Below are positions 52,238 to 64,000 of a DNA stretch of 64,000 bases, one piece after another. Source of the stretch: Eledone cirrhosa (lineage: Eukaryota). The notes beneath the pieces were generated by a model that did no database searches, was not told where the DNA came from, and was given only the letters and a program-made list of their open reading frames with translations. The DNA lies in NCBI GenBank assembly GCA_964016885.1, contig OZ024753.1, positions 27,094,001-27,158,000 of the forward strand. Direction: 5' to 3'. Positions within the stretch are counted from its first letter, which is position 1. Every line of letters starts with the position of its first letter. The translations under genes and the position numbers were made by a program.

Positions 52238-53469
52238 CTAGAATAACAATAAAAAAAAAAATGTAATGTTCTTTCCATATGATTAATGAAATTGTTTTAT
52301 TTAAAGTCTAGGCATGTATACACTAGCTAATAAAATATTTCAGAACACACATGTGAATACAAGTGGTTGAAATGGGGTTCCTCCAAAGGATTTTGGAGTA
52401 ATGTTACTCGTTACAGTGCATAGCTCGGAGATCAGAGAGTCATTCAAGGTAGAGGCACTACTTCTCCAAATTGAAAGATTATAGCTCCGATACAATGGGT
52501 ATGTGGTTAGAATGTTTCAGGAAAGAATCGTCGGAGAGATTTTACGGGCAAAACCAACTGGTAGGAGACCCAGGGTAGGTCGCAAGCAAGATGGTTGGAT
52601 TGCATCCATGAGCTTGGCTAGTCTCGCTTGGAGACAGTTCCTTCTGACAGGACCCACAGGAAGGAGTATTTGAGGACTCTGCCCTCAAATACTCCTTCTC
52701 AGGAATATGTGGGCGAAGAAGAAGAAATGTACGGCATAGATTGATTGAAACTAGAATCATATATACATATATTACATAAGAACATACAGCAGTACACCTA
52801 TACTACATGAATCGACCGATGGAAAGAGAAATATATATCAGTACACACACTCCATGGATAATGATATGTATACTATGAAGCACATGTTTACAGCAAAGAA
52901 GCATGTGTGTTAAGAACCTGACAATAAAGTTCTTATATAAAATTACGATGGAAGGTTTTAACCCTTTAGCATTTAAACCAGCTGTATCTGGCCAGAATTT
53001 CTCTCACCTCTGTTCAAACTGACCATAACTGGCTGCTGACACTTATGTTAAGGTATTGTTCTCAAAATAAATGATATCAAAATCTTGTAGATTCGATATT
53101 ATGTGAGATAGTTATGTTTACTGTGAAAATACAATAGTATATATGTATGGTCCCGTTACTCCTCAGAGTCGTGGGGTGTCGTATTGACATACATAGTGTT
53201 TCTTGGGCATTTTAAGCCTGGCAGAGCCCATCCCTCTCCAGGTCTGAGTACAGCAGATTTCTTCCAGAGAAAGATAGAAAGTGAAAGAGAGAGAGGAAAT
53301 GAGAAAGAGATATAGAGGAAGAATCCACCCCAGTACTAGACTGGTACTTTTTTTATCGACCTCGAAAGGATGAAAGGCAAACTTGACCTCGGCGGGATTT
53401 GGACTCAGAGAACAGAGAGCCGAAATGAATACCATAAAGCATTCTATCCAACAGTATATATATATATAT

Positions 53470-53588
53470 ATATTTATTAAAATAACAGATTAAAGTTTAA
53501 GCAAAGAATCGCTGCTTTCAGAAGATCCCGTTAAGGGTGAAAGCAACGATTCTTTGCTTAAACTTTAATCTGTTATTTTAATAAATAT
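53470..53588. repeat. hairpin with 51-bp arms, 1 mismatch, 17-nt loop
   Basis: 53470-53520 pairs with 53538-53588. Confidence 0.9.
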
Positions 53589-53671
53589 TTGCTCTATGGT
53601 TCTTATATATTTGATATATATTTATCCTTATCGAGCCCTCTTTGGATTTTAGTCTTCAAATTTATTATTAT

Positions 53672-53704
<33 letters not shown>

Positions 53705-53709
<5 letters not shown>

Positions 53710-54442
53710 GGCAGACTGTATGATGCGTGTATCCGAACAGCAATGTTACATGGTAGTAAGACCTGGGTGCTGAAGGTGGAAGACTTACGTAGATTAGAGA
53801 GAAACGAAGCCTGCATGCTCCGATGGATCTCTAATAGTAATATACGCGACCGACAAAGCATAAATGAGAGAGACTGAGCATAAGAGGAATCAAATGCTGT
53901 GTGCAGGAGAGGCGGTTGCGTTGGTATGGACATGTGATGCGTATGAAGGATGACAGCTGCATAAAAAGGTGCAGAGCACTAGAAGTCGATGGAAACCGCG
54001 GAGTGGGGAGACCCAAGATGACCTGGGATGGGGTGATAAAAGCCGACCTTACCCAATTACACCTCTCAAAGGCGATGACACACGACCGTGACCTCTGGCG
54101 TCACGCAGTAATACTGAGTACCCGACCTCCCATGGGTACAAGCTGAAGAATATAGACAATATGCCCCCATACCCCCCACTGCAAGGTGGTCGTGGAGGTG
54201 CCATGGCAAAAAAGCACCCAGCCCACACTGTAAAGTGGACGTGTAGGCGCCACGAAAAAGCACCCAACACTCACTGTAAATGAGGTTGGTGTTAGGAAGG
54301 GCATCCAGCTGTAGAAATCAAGCCAAATCAGTTCCTGTATGAGCAAGGCATGGTCAGCCGACCAGACACTGCCCACAACAGGACAACTCGTCTAACCCAT
54401 GCTAGCGTGGAAGAACGGACGTAAAACGGTGATGATGATGAT
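53705..54442 (+). mobile_element. RTE-clade LINE 3' fragment, related subfamily
   Basis: MKGRLYDACIRTAMLHGSKTW...ERRLRWYGHVMR; the tail GTTAGGAAGGGCATCCAGCTGTAGAAA...(GAT)n recurs at about 50170-50500 and 59190-59348. Confidence 0.8.
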
Positions 54443-54451
54443 GGAGAGAGA

Positions 54452-54506
<55 letters not shown>

Positions 54507-56698
54507 TAATGTAAATGTTAAAGGGTTAATGGACTGTTTTATCCAAGAACCAGTGGCAGTTTCAGGCAGGTTGGTTATTTCAATAAATACATTGAACATT
54601 TCACTTATTTTATTAAATTTTATGGCTAAAACTCCATCTTCTAATATAGTCATAGGCAAACTGCAGCCTACAAGCTGCCCATTTGGCTTGCTGAATCCCA
54701 TGCCTAATTTCAAAATGACTCAACTGTACTATGAGTATATTTATCCAGTGGAAGATGAGATGTGAGAACAGAAGTAGAGAGTGGGAGAGTAGTGTAATGT
54801 ACTACTATTTGCATTTAAGCACATTCAATTAAAGGTGATACCAACTTAGTTGTTAATAAAGAGAAGGAAATATAATCAATATATTGTGGAAAGGCCTTAA
54901 TAATATATATGCAATCTGTTATAATATGGGGAAACATTGAGTGCATGCAACAGAATGAAAGTTAACATAAGAGTCGGCAGAGTTATCGACTCTTTAGGAA
55001 GAACTACAAGAGAAAGAGAAAGTATTTTGAAAATTAGGGAAATAATCTTTCACGTTTTTATTAAATTAGAAACTATTATTATTTACATTAAATGATCATT
55101 TAAAGTATTTTCAAATGTTTATGAGGAAATTCTTAAAATGAACTGTGATAATCTCAAGAAAAAAAAAAAAAATGCAAGATTTCACTACGTAGTCAAGGAT
55201 ATTTATTTTATGCCAACGTGTCAAAGTTGACATATTCAAAATAACTGAATCAGCCGCCTAGCAAATCTCGATTTTGGTCACTGTTGGAACTCAGAAATAC
55301 CAGCCAAATTTACCTCACATCATGAAGTACACACAATGATCAACCCTCCTCCTCCCACAAATAAAAACAGACGAATATGTCTTTGATCATAATAGGTCTG
55401 TTCGATCACGACTGACGTGGGATAAAAAGTATATATATATATAGTTATTACTGTGATATGAAAGACAATTTTATACCATAGTAATATATACATAATAGGG
55501 TTAACGTATCGTAAGAGAGGATGAAGTAGAGAGGTACAACTCCTTCATTCACTTATATATCACCTTGATCGACCAGTTATATATATATATATTAGTTATT
55601 ACTGTGATATGAAAGACATTTTTATACTATAGTAATATATATATATATATATATTGCTTTTTTTTGTTAAGTTACAAATAAATTAATATTCGATAAAATT
55701 AAATTAATTCTACAGACACGGGAAAAGGTGAATACGATATCAAAACTTCAACCAAATTTTAAAATAACGGAAATCTGTGATTTAGAACACCACAAGTAAT
55801 ATAATACAGCAGTAGGAACAAATATTTAAAAGTTTATCAAACATTTAAAAAGATTTACGAAAGTGAGTTTAGCAACAAGAACAACAGTAAAACATGAGAA
55901 ACAGGAAGAAGTTATAACTGACAAGTAAGCAAACTAACACGACACACATGTTGTACGTGTCCGATTTAACACAGAAATACAATGTTATTTATACAACTGT
56001 AAATAATAAATATATATATTTAGTCTGATCCATTTATGTATCAATAAAGTTCGATGTTTAAAGCTTAAAAAACAAAAGAAATATAATTCTACAAACACAC
56101 ATACATACACGTATATATTTATACCACTCATTAGTCATACAACTCTAAACAGACACCAGGAAGTCGTTATATGGTCATTTGACTTGCTAGAAAAAGCAGC
56201 CAATTACCCTCAATTACACCCTACCGGTTTAAAAATAGGACACATTGGTCAATGTAGTCCTAGATCTACAGGCTGGTCATTGTTAAAATGCCTTTGACCG
56301 TATGTCCGTTTAACAAGGACTGACCTGAAACTTAACAACACGTACACAACTATACAAACACACTTGTATACAAATACACATAATACGTGTCTAAAACTAC
56401 ACATTCGTAAATATACGCTCGTACACTCATAAAACTCCTTACACAAACTTAGTTATGCAATCGTGGCAAAAATTAAAAGTTTTTCTCATACAAAAAAAAA
56501 CAAACAAAACTTCGAGATATGAAAAAGATGTTTGTAGGAAAAATAATAGAAATACACAGTATATATATATTCATTTAATGGCTATGTGGTGAGCCTTGTT
56601 TACTCTGGAGTTTCACCTGCGCACTCGCAGGATCATTATATATATGTATATATATATATTTAAAGACGAAGAAAAATTTCTTATAACCGTATACTCAC

Positions 56699-56826
56699 TT
56701 TTTACCAAACAATTTTGATCTTTTCGTCTTAAGAGGAGGTAAGGTTAGAATTTCCTGAGAATCACTGGCACTATCGTTAAGTAAATTTATCATGTTGTGG
56801 TCATCGGCATCACCTTTGGATTTCAT
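56699..56826 (-). CDS. first coding exon of an EFCAB14-like duplicate / alternative N-terminus
   Basis: ATG 56826, MKSKGDADDHNMINLLNDSASDSQEILTLPPLKTKRSKLFGK+AA, donor AA|GTGAGT (phase 2, same as exon 1); joins in frame to 52237. Confidence 0.65.
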
Positions 56827-56963
56827 AACGATTCTTAGACAGAGACACCAAGATAGAAGAAAAGAAGAAAAAATACTTTTAAGAAATGAAATGTAGTTGT
56901 GGTGGTGGAGTTGTTATAGAGTGGCGATGTTACTGACGGGAAACAGAGTGGGGTATAGGAACA

Positions 56964-56973
56964 GTGACGTCAC
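56964..56973. promoter_or_regulatory. full palindromic CRE (GTGACGTCAC) about 140 nt upstream of ATG 56826
   Basis: TGACGTCA at 56965-56972 seen directly; its position fits a proximal promoter. Confidence 0.5.
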
Positions 56974-57989
56974 ACGATGACTAATTTGTTTGATGAACCT
57001 TGGGTTAAATCAAATAGTAATTGCTGCTGTTATTGTTTGTGATTTATCTGGGCCTTACATGAAACTGTTTGAGTACATTAATAAACAAATTTACTTTTCT
57101 TTCTTTTTTATTCGCTGCATACTTTTAAACTTTCTTTTCCTATCGTTCTATTTTTTTTTATTTTTGCGTTCTGTATTTTTGTCTTTCCGTAAATCTTTCT
57201 TTCCTTCATGACACTACTAATTCTCTTACATTTAGACAAGTATAGGTAAGTAAGAAGCTAGGAACTGCTGTTTAGCCCTGGATTAATCTTGATCAAGTAG
57301 TCCTATGATAAAAAGCATTCCGGCTGTTACGTTTCTTGGGTGAGGGTGGGGGCACCTAGGGCTACATTTTTAAGACAGTGGAGGTGTGATTCAAGGGAGA
57401 TTTGAGTGTTATTTCTAGCAATGTGAGTGACTAGGTATAGACCCTCCTTGTTACTACGAACCATTTTGAGCTGAGATAAGGGAATTACCAATGTTTGTCA
57501 CCATTTTGTGATTAACCAAGGAGGAGGGCTATGTGGTCAATCGACCTGCTAGAATTAGCAGCCACATTCCTTTCAAATAATAAAAAAAAAGGATATGTTG
57601 GATAATGTTTTTCAACGTCAGAAAATAATGGGATGGTTATAGCTGGAATGCCTTGCTCAATCAGTGTTGGGCATGTGGTTAGAATGTCTCAGGAACAATT
57701 TGGCGGAAGTGGCAAAACCAACCGGTAAGAAACCCAGGGGTAGATCTCGAGCATGATGGTTGGATAGGCTGGTCACGCTTGGTGATCCAGCTGGATCAGA
57801 TAGAGGTTGCTTCTGACAAGACCCACTGGATGGAGTGTTTGAGGACTCTTCCCCCACGACCCTCTCAGGAATAAGTGGGCGAAGAAGAAATGTTGATCTG
57901 TGGCTAAACAACAGCAATACTCACTAAGGGTATTTGACTTCTGGTTGTTTCATTTACATTTTATTAAGTAAATATGTTGACCGTTAATC

Positions 57990-58730
57990 ATCATCATGGT
58001 CCTTTAACCCTTTTCAGGGTCGTTGGGACACTGTAATGTTGAGCACTGCATCATCTGCCTCCAATTCTAGTGGACATGGGTGAGTGCTTGGATTGTGGCA
58101 AAGTTCTTTCCTGTCCACTCAGTTATGTTGTTTGTCCACCGCTTCTTCTGTTTGCCTCACCTTCTCTTTCCCCTGCACTGTTCTCTGGAGAATTGTCTTG
58201 GAGAGTCTATATGATCTTGTTATTGCCCATACCACCTCAGCTTCCCCCTCTTCATCGTGGCCAGCAGATCTTCAAAGTGGCTCATGTGTCAGGGGATTCT
58301 TTTGAGGACATCCTCATTCCCGATGTGTAGGAGATTCTCAGGAATCTTCTATAGCATCCTACCACCACTGTTTGGATCTTTCTTTGCAGTTCAGTGGTCA
58401 GGGTCATGACTCACATGAGGGGCGGGGGGCAAGAGTTAAGAAGGCCCCCACAGCAAATATGAAACATCTTTGCCTGCTTCAGGCCCCAAAGGGGCTCTTG
58501 TACCATATTGCAAAATTTCTCTTGGATGCCCAGCGTATAGAAGGACGGATAGGACCAAAGCATGCAGGAGTTTTATTTTGCATCTGAGAGTGGTGTTTTA
58601 GCTTGGCAAGTGCTGTGGCTGTTAGAGCACTCCTTACAAGGACCTCTGGCTTTGACCCCCTATTGACTGATGATGGCGCCAAGGTACTTGAACTGCATCA
58701 CAGTTTCCCGATCTTGACCACTGACTGTCA
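57990..58730 (-). mobile_element. decayed RTE-type LINE fragment
   Basis: Minus strand reads like KTILQ.TVQG.R..GK...W; a related piece lies at about 29230-29460 (KIVLQRTVQGGRKRGRQKKR). Confidence 0.55.
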
Positions 58731-58733
58731 TCC

Positions 58734-59158
58734 CAGGGGCGGTGGAAGCATTTCTGAATTGGGGGGTGGTGGTGTCAATTTAGTTGTAGTTATTAGTTTA
58801 GCTCTTTGCACTCTAAAATGGTCAGAAAATACAAGCTAGTCATATTACATTTACAGCTTTCAATAATTGTAAAGTGATTATAGAAAAATGACCTATGAAA
58901 TTGGTCATTTGGCAAATAGTGATATGTGGAGAAAAAGTAATGACATGACAAAAAAAATGTACTATGAAGGTTAACATAATATATTACACTGTTGTTATCA
59001 AATATCAACCAAGGTATAGAAAAGCTTCGACATGTGATAACCATAACATGTTCATAAATTGTAACACAAGATGTGTTTTGGTAGTTTGGGGAGATAAATT
59101 GATTATTAGGGAGGTGGGGAGGAATGGCTCCTGGCCCTCCCCAGTTCCACCGCCCCTG
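58734..59158. mobile_element. non-autonomous DNA transposon with 14-bp TIR (hAT-like ends)
   Basis: CAGGGGCGGTGGAA ... TTCCACCGCCCCTG; no clear TSD. Confidence 0.65.
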
Positions 59159-59468
59159 ATTCATCATATATATATATATAAATACATCCTGGTGTTAGGA
59201 AGGGCATCCAGCTGTAGAAATCAAGCCAGATCAGTTCCTGTATGAGCAAGGCATGGTCAGCCGACCAGACACTGCCCACAACAGGACAACCCGTCTAACC
59301 CATGCTAGCGTGGAAGAACGGACGTAAAACGGTGATGATGATGATGATATATATATATATAAATATATATAATAAAGTATTATATATAGAGTTATAAACT
59401 CAAATAGTCTTTTACAATTAATTAGCTCAAAGAAAGGAATATTTCTGAGCCGTGTAATACGAATGAAT

Positions 59469-59838
59469 ATATGATAGGGATAAACACTGATACGAGTATA
59501 CATGTGTTCGTATTGCAAATGACCAAGTTAGCTAGATTGAAAAATACTAATTAAAATAATACGGTTTGCCTGTCTCGATTTAAAATAATAAATCAATAAA
59601 AACAAACCTATATTTAGGAACTTTCACTTAATTGTTGCAAAACAAATTTGAAATTTAAAATTTAAATTTGTCCAGGTATCACGGCTTTTGCCAATATAGG
59701 TTTGTTTTTATTGATTTATTATTTTAAAGCGAGACAGGCAAACCGTATTATTTTAATTAGTATTTTTCAATCTAGCTAACTTGGTCATTTGCAATACGAA
59801 CACATGTATACTCGTATCACTGTTTATCCCTATCATAT
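59469..59838. repeat. near-perfect inverted repeat, about 145-bp arms
   Basis: 59469-59615 vs 59693-59838; about 2 mismatches by eye. Confidence 0.9.
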
Positions 59839-59890
59839 AATAAAGTATATATTTTGATTATGCGAATATTTTTCATTTGTTAACATTTTG

Positions 59891-59939
<49 letters not shown>

Positions 59940-59940
<1 letters not shown>

Positions 59941-60827
59941 GTTTGAATATGTATAATAAAGCCAAAACAATGCAGGTATGGACATAGAAAAAAGAATACA
60001 ATTGCAAAAGATATTGTTGACAATTCGTCTTTTACCTTAGATTTATTTAAATGTCCTTAATTTTCGAGATAATATCTCTTCTTGAGAGGGAAATAAAGGT
60101 CTCAAACCAGCGTTCTAAATATCTTGCCAAGCCATGCTGACAGGAAATAGTATAGAGTATCTGTTCTATCTCTAATGTCAAAGAGTTAAAATTAGGTGGA
60201 TAAAGAGTAGTCTCCCTTTAAAAGGGGTTTGTTTAGGTTTTTTTTTATTATATAGATGCCTGTTTAAGTGTGTGGGAGAATGCATGAAGCTGTAAGTATG
60301 TGAGTGTGTGTGTGTGGGTGTGAGAAGATAAGTCTATTCGTAAATGTGGGGGATAGGTGTTATCTGGTGTTAGAACTGGTTTTGTGTGTGTATGTGTGAG
60401 AGAATATGTGGAGGTGTAAGCGTGTGTGTGTGTGCGTGCGTGTGTGGGGTGTGTAAATATGGGGCAAGAAGCCCTATCAGGTTATAAATTGGGTGTTGAG
60501 TTCTAGTCTATTATTGATTGGTTTTATCTATAATTAGTGCTTTTTTAATTCTAAGATTGCCGAGGTTTCTTTCCTTAGTTTCTATCCTAACTGTTATGGT
60601 TTTGTCGGTGTTTTTGCATTTAACTAGGTGTTTCTTAAATGAGGAAGCGTTAGTATTGAGGTGTTCTTTTATTGTTATGTGGAGTGGTCTGGTGGTGCTA
60701 CCTACGTAGAAGTTGTTGCATTTGTCACACTCTAGCCTGTATACGACGTAAGCCTGGTGGCATAGGTCTGTGTCGTTGATGGGGCAGTTGGCTAGTCTGC
60801 AGCAGTTGTCATGTCTGGTGGACTCCT

Positions 60828-60830
<3 letters not shown>
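59940..60830 (-). mobile_element. Penelope-like element 3' remnant with GIY-YIG endonuclease
   Basis: ORF 60511-60831: VVYRLECDKCNNFYVGSTTRPL..IKEH GIY-YIG signature; decayed hammerhead motif downstream at about 60055-60090. Confidence 0.8.
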
Positions 60831-60889
<59 letters not shown>

Positions 60890-61016
60890 TATTCAAAATG
60901 TTAACAAATGAAAAATATTTGCATAATCAAAATATATACTTTATTATATATATTTCAAAGGTACTGTGTTGTTTCAGTACGTTTTCATCAGACAAAATAT
61001 ATGATTTGATATATAT

Positions 61017-64000
61017 AAAGCTCCGTGCTGCAGCTTCCTTGAATCGGAACTCAGCACAACATGAAAGTTTTAGTCTGCGTGATGATGGGCAGATCTGGAG
61101 GTTTGTTAAGGCTGGTGAAACGTGGAAGAGAGATACCAGCTGGTCTGAGTGTGATCTACCCACAATAACTGGCAATGTAAAAACTGCTACAACTCTGGGA
61201 AACTAAACCAGAACAACCTGCCACCCTCTACACACCATCATAAACTGCGAGCAGGGTACAAATTGTTGTCCTTAAATGCTCGCAGTTTATGCAACAAGAT
61301 ACATCTGTTTGAATCCTACGTCAGAAGCATCGACCCTGACTTCATCACAGTCACAGAAACATGGGCACATTCCTTACTCTGTGATGGTGTTTTCAGCATT
61401 ACTGGGTACAACCTTTTCCGCAAGGACCGCATTAATCGCCGTGGTGGTGGTGTGATGGTCTACGTTCGTTCAAACTTTTCGGTAATTCCCTGCGTTGATT
61501 TGAACGAATCACAGGAAGAAGTTTTTTTCTGTGACATACGTATGACCATGTCAACACTTCTGCTTGGTGTTGTTTATCGCTCCCCAAACTACCATCAGGA
61601 CACACAGCTTTGCGATATCCTCAGAGCTGCTGCCAAGAAAACAGCCACTTATGTGTTTATTGCAGGTGACTTCAATCATCCTGAGATCGATTGGGAAACC
61701 TTTCGTTGGCCACAAGGTGCAAACGATTTCCTTGAACTAGTGCTGGACTCAAACTGGTCACAAGTAGTCACCTCTCCAACAAGAGGTGACAACACTTTGG
61801 ACCTGATCTTCACCACTACTCCTGAAGTGTGTATCAGTTGTACTACCGAGGAACCTCTAGGCGACTCTGATCATGCTCTGATCATTGCTAATCTGGCACT
61901 TGAGGGCAGCAACAAAAACCAGAGCCATCTCCAATCTGCTTGCTTTGATTGGAAGAGGGCGGATTGGAACTTGTACTGCACTGAGCTACAGCGCCCAAAC
62001 TGGCATGAGATGTATAACTCTGTAGATGTGAACACTATACTCCAGAGCATCCTGGACTCAATATGGATAGCGTGTGCAGCATCGGTGCCACGTAAGCGGA
62101 AAAATAACCACCCCAAAAGTGCAATTTGGGAAACTTCAGCGGTCCGACTTGCCAAGAAAGAACGTCGGAACGCTGAACGGGAATATAAACTGCATAAATC
62201 AGATGCCAACAGAAAAAAGCGGAATAAATTTTCTAACCATCTCAAGCAAGTCACAAAGAAGGCAGTGCTTGAATTTGAACAGTGCATAGCAACCAATCCT
62301 AACAGTAAGGTGTTCTGGAAATATGTTCATTCAAAGCAGAGACCTCACTCTCCAGTTGGTCCTTTTCGCAATCCCCACACAAGCCAGATCACTGACGATC
62401 CCAAAGAATGCGCAGAACTCATTGCTGAGTGCTATGCAAGTATTTTTACTGTTGAAAACCAGAATGTACCATCTCCACCATCTCTAACATCAAATTCCAT
62501 AACAACTATGGAATTTACACCTGCAATGTTGCGACGTCACCTTAAGAATAAGCGCAACTATGCCTCCCCTGGTCTTGATGGTGTTACATACCTGCTTCTC
62601 AAACGTGGCGGGTATTTCCTTTTGCGCCAGCTTTCTTTCTCCTTTCAATACTGTCTCAACAATGGTGCTACTCCGGAGCAGTGGAAAACTGCCAGTGTCA
62701 TTCCCCTGTTCAAAAAGGGCAACCGCATGTCACCTGTCAACTATCGTCCAGTCAGTCTTACTAGCTGTATGGCCAAACTGATGGAATCCTGTGTCAGAGA
62801 AACACTTTGGAACTTCTGGAGCTCTCACAGCCTCATCCGGCCCTCACAGTTTGGATTTATCCCTAACTCCAGCTGCTGTGATCAGCTTATCGAGTTCCTT
62901 GAAGACATCACCCGGATCACTGACAGCGGCTCATGGGTGGATGTTGTTTACCTTGACTTTGCTAAGGCTTTTAATTCTGTGCCACACAAAAGACTTATGG
63001 AAAAACTCTCTGCAATGGGTGTGAGGGATGATCTTTTCGACTGGTTGAAATCCTTCATTCTCAGCCGAAAAGAAGTAGTCACGGTTCTAGGACAGCATTC
63101 TTCACCATATGAGATGTCATCTGGTGTACCACAGGGATCTGTTCTTGGTCCCCTTTTGTTTGTGGCATATATTAATGACATAGATGCCAACTTACAGAAT
63201 GCCACGGTACTGAAATATGCAGATGACATCAAGCTGTACCTTGAAATCAAAAGGACTGATCCTGAAATCTACAACTCTTTCCTACAATCAGACCTGGGCA
63301 CAATGCAGCAATGGATCACAGACTGGCAACTGAAGCTGGCTGTGGACAAGTGTACCACCATGCATTTTGGGAGGAAAAATCCAGCGTCCACATACTCCCT
63401 CCACAACACTGATATCAAGAAGTCCTCTTGTGAACGTGACCTGGGCATTACTGTCAGCAGCGATTTGCGTTGGACAAAGCATGTTGTCAAGAAGGCCGAG
63501 GGTGTCTTGGCATCACTCAGCAAGACCTTTGTTAGTCGCTCTCCAGCCATCTATTTAAAACTGTATACAGCTATGGCACGACCACACTTGGAATTCGCAT
63601 CATCAGTCTGGAACCCCTATCTTGCTCAGAACATTGACCTCCTGGAAACTGTTCAGAGACGTGCAACCAAGCGCATACCCTCCATCAGACACCTACCATA
63701 CTCTGAACGCCTTGCTTCCCTGGGCATGGATTCATTGAAGCTCCGACGTCTGGCAATGGACTTGGTAAATACCCACAAAGTTATTAACCATCTCGCCAAT
63801 TGCAACCCTGAGCACCTTTTTGATCTCCATGTGTCTAACACAAGTGGACATGCCTACAAAGTCAGAAAACAACATAGCTCCCATGTCGTAGACATTTTTT
63901 CACGCTCAGAGTTGCTGAAGCATGGAACAAACTGCCTGCGTCAGTTGTTAGCTGCCGAGACACTGCATCCTTTAAGACACTCATGCTTCCCGAAATACGC
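61017..64000 (+). mobile_element. CR1-like LINE, 5'-truncated in ORF1, running off the window end
   Basis: ORF1 remnant ends ...TTLGN* at 61206; ORF2 carries APE endonuclease and RT; 3' end is homologous to the fragment at 23960-24210. Confidence 0.93.
61197..64000 (+). CDS. CR1-like ORF2: APE endonuclease + reverse transcriptase (no stop seen in window)
   Basis: One frame: LNARSL, VTETW, RKDR..RGGGV, GDFNHPEIDW, TLDLIF, SDH, NYRPVSLTS, QFGF, YLDFAKAF, GVPQGSVLGP, YADD (63216-63227). Near 63890 the conserved FFTLRV..WNKLP tail shifts frame. Confidence 0.9.

Noticed and set aside
61871-63841. Short ORFs on both strands inside the LINE
   Set aside because: Shadow frames of the long ORF2.

Overview
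AT-rich, microsatellite- and SINE-dense eukaryotic DNA; the repeat landscape suggests an octopus (coleoid cephalopod), which is an inference. Most ORFs in the supplied track are repeat artefacts. The main gene is a minus-strand EFCAB14-like type II membrane protein. I reconstructed it by hand from 7 GT-AG coding exons (45326 to 11299, 313 aa, phases consistent). It has a 23-kb first intron, a predicted 3'-UTR intron, and no C-terminal EF-hands. Upstream lies a second, diverged first-exon + TM-exon pair (56826-56699, 52237-52083) with the same splice phases and its own CRE-bearing promoter candidate. This pair is either an alternative N-terminus or a short paralog. Other contents: a CR1-like LINE whose ATG-less ORF2 follows an in-register G_GGA_AAC -1 slippery site, an intact-looking hammerhead ribozyme at 41382-41468, Penelope remnants, RTE-clade fragments (one twin-primed, one with a PHD-like finger), TTAA-type MITEs, tRNA-derived SINEs and several long inverted repeats. 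Repeat boundaries are approximate; exon boundaries were read base by base.
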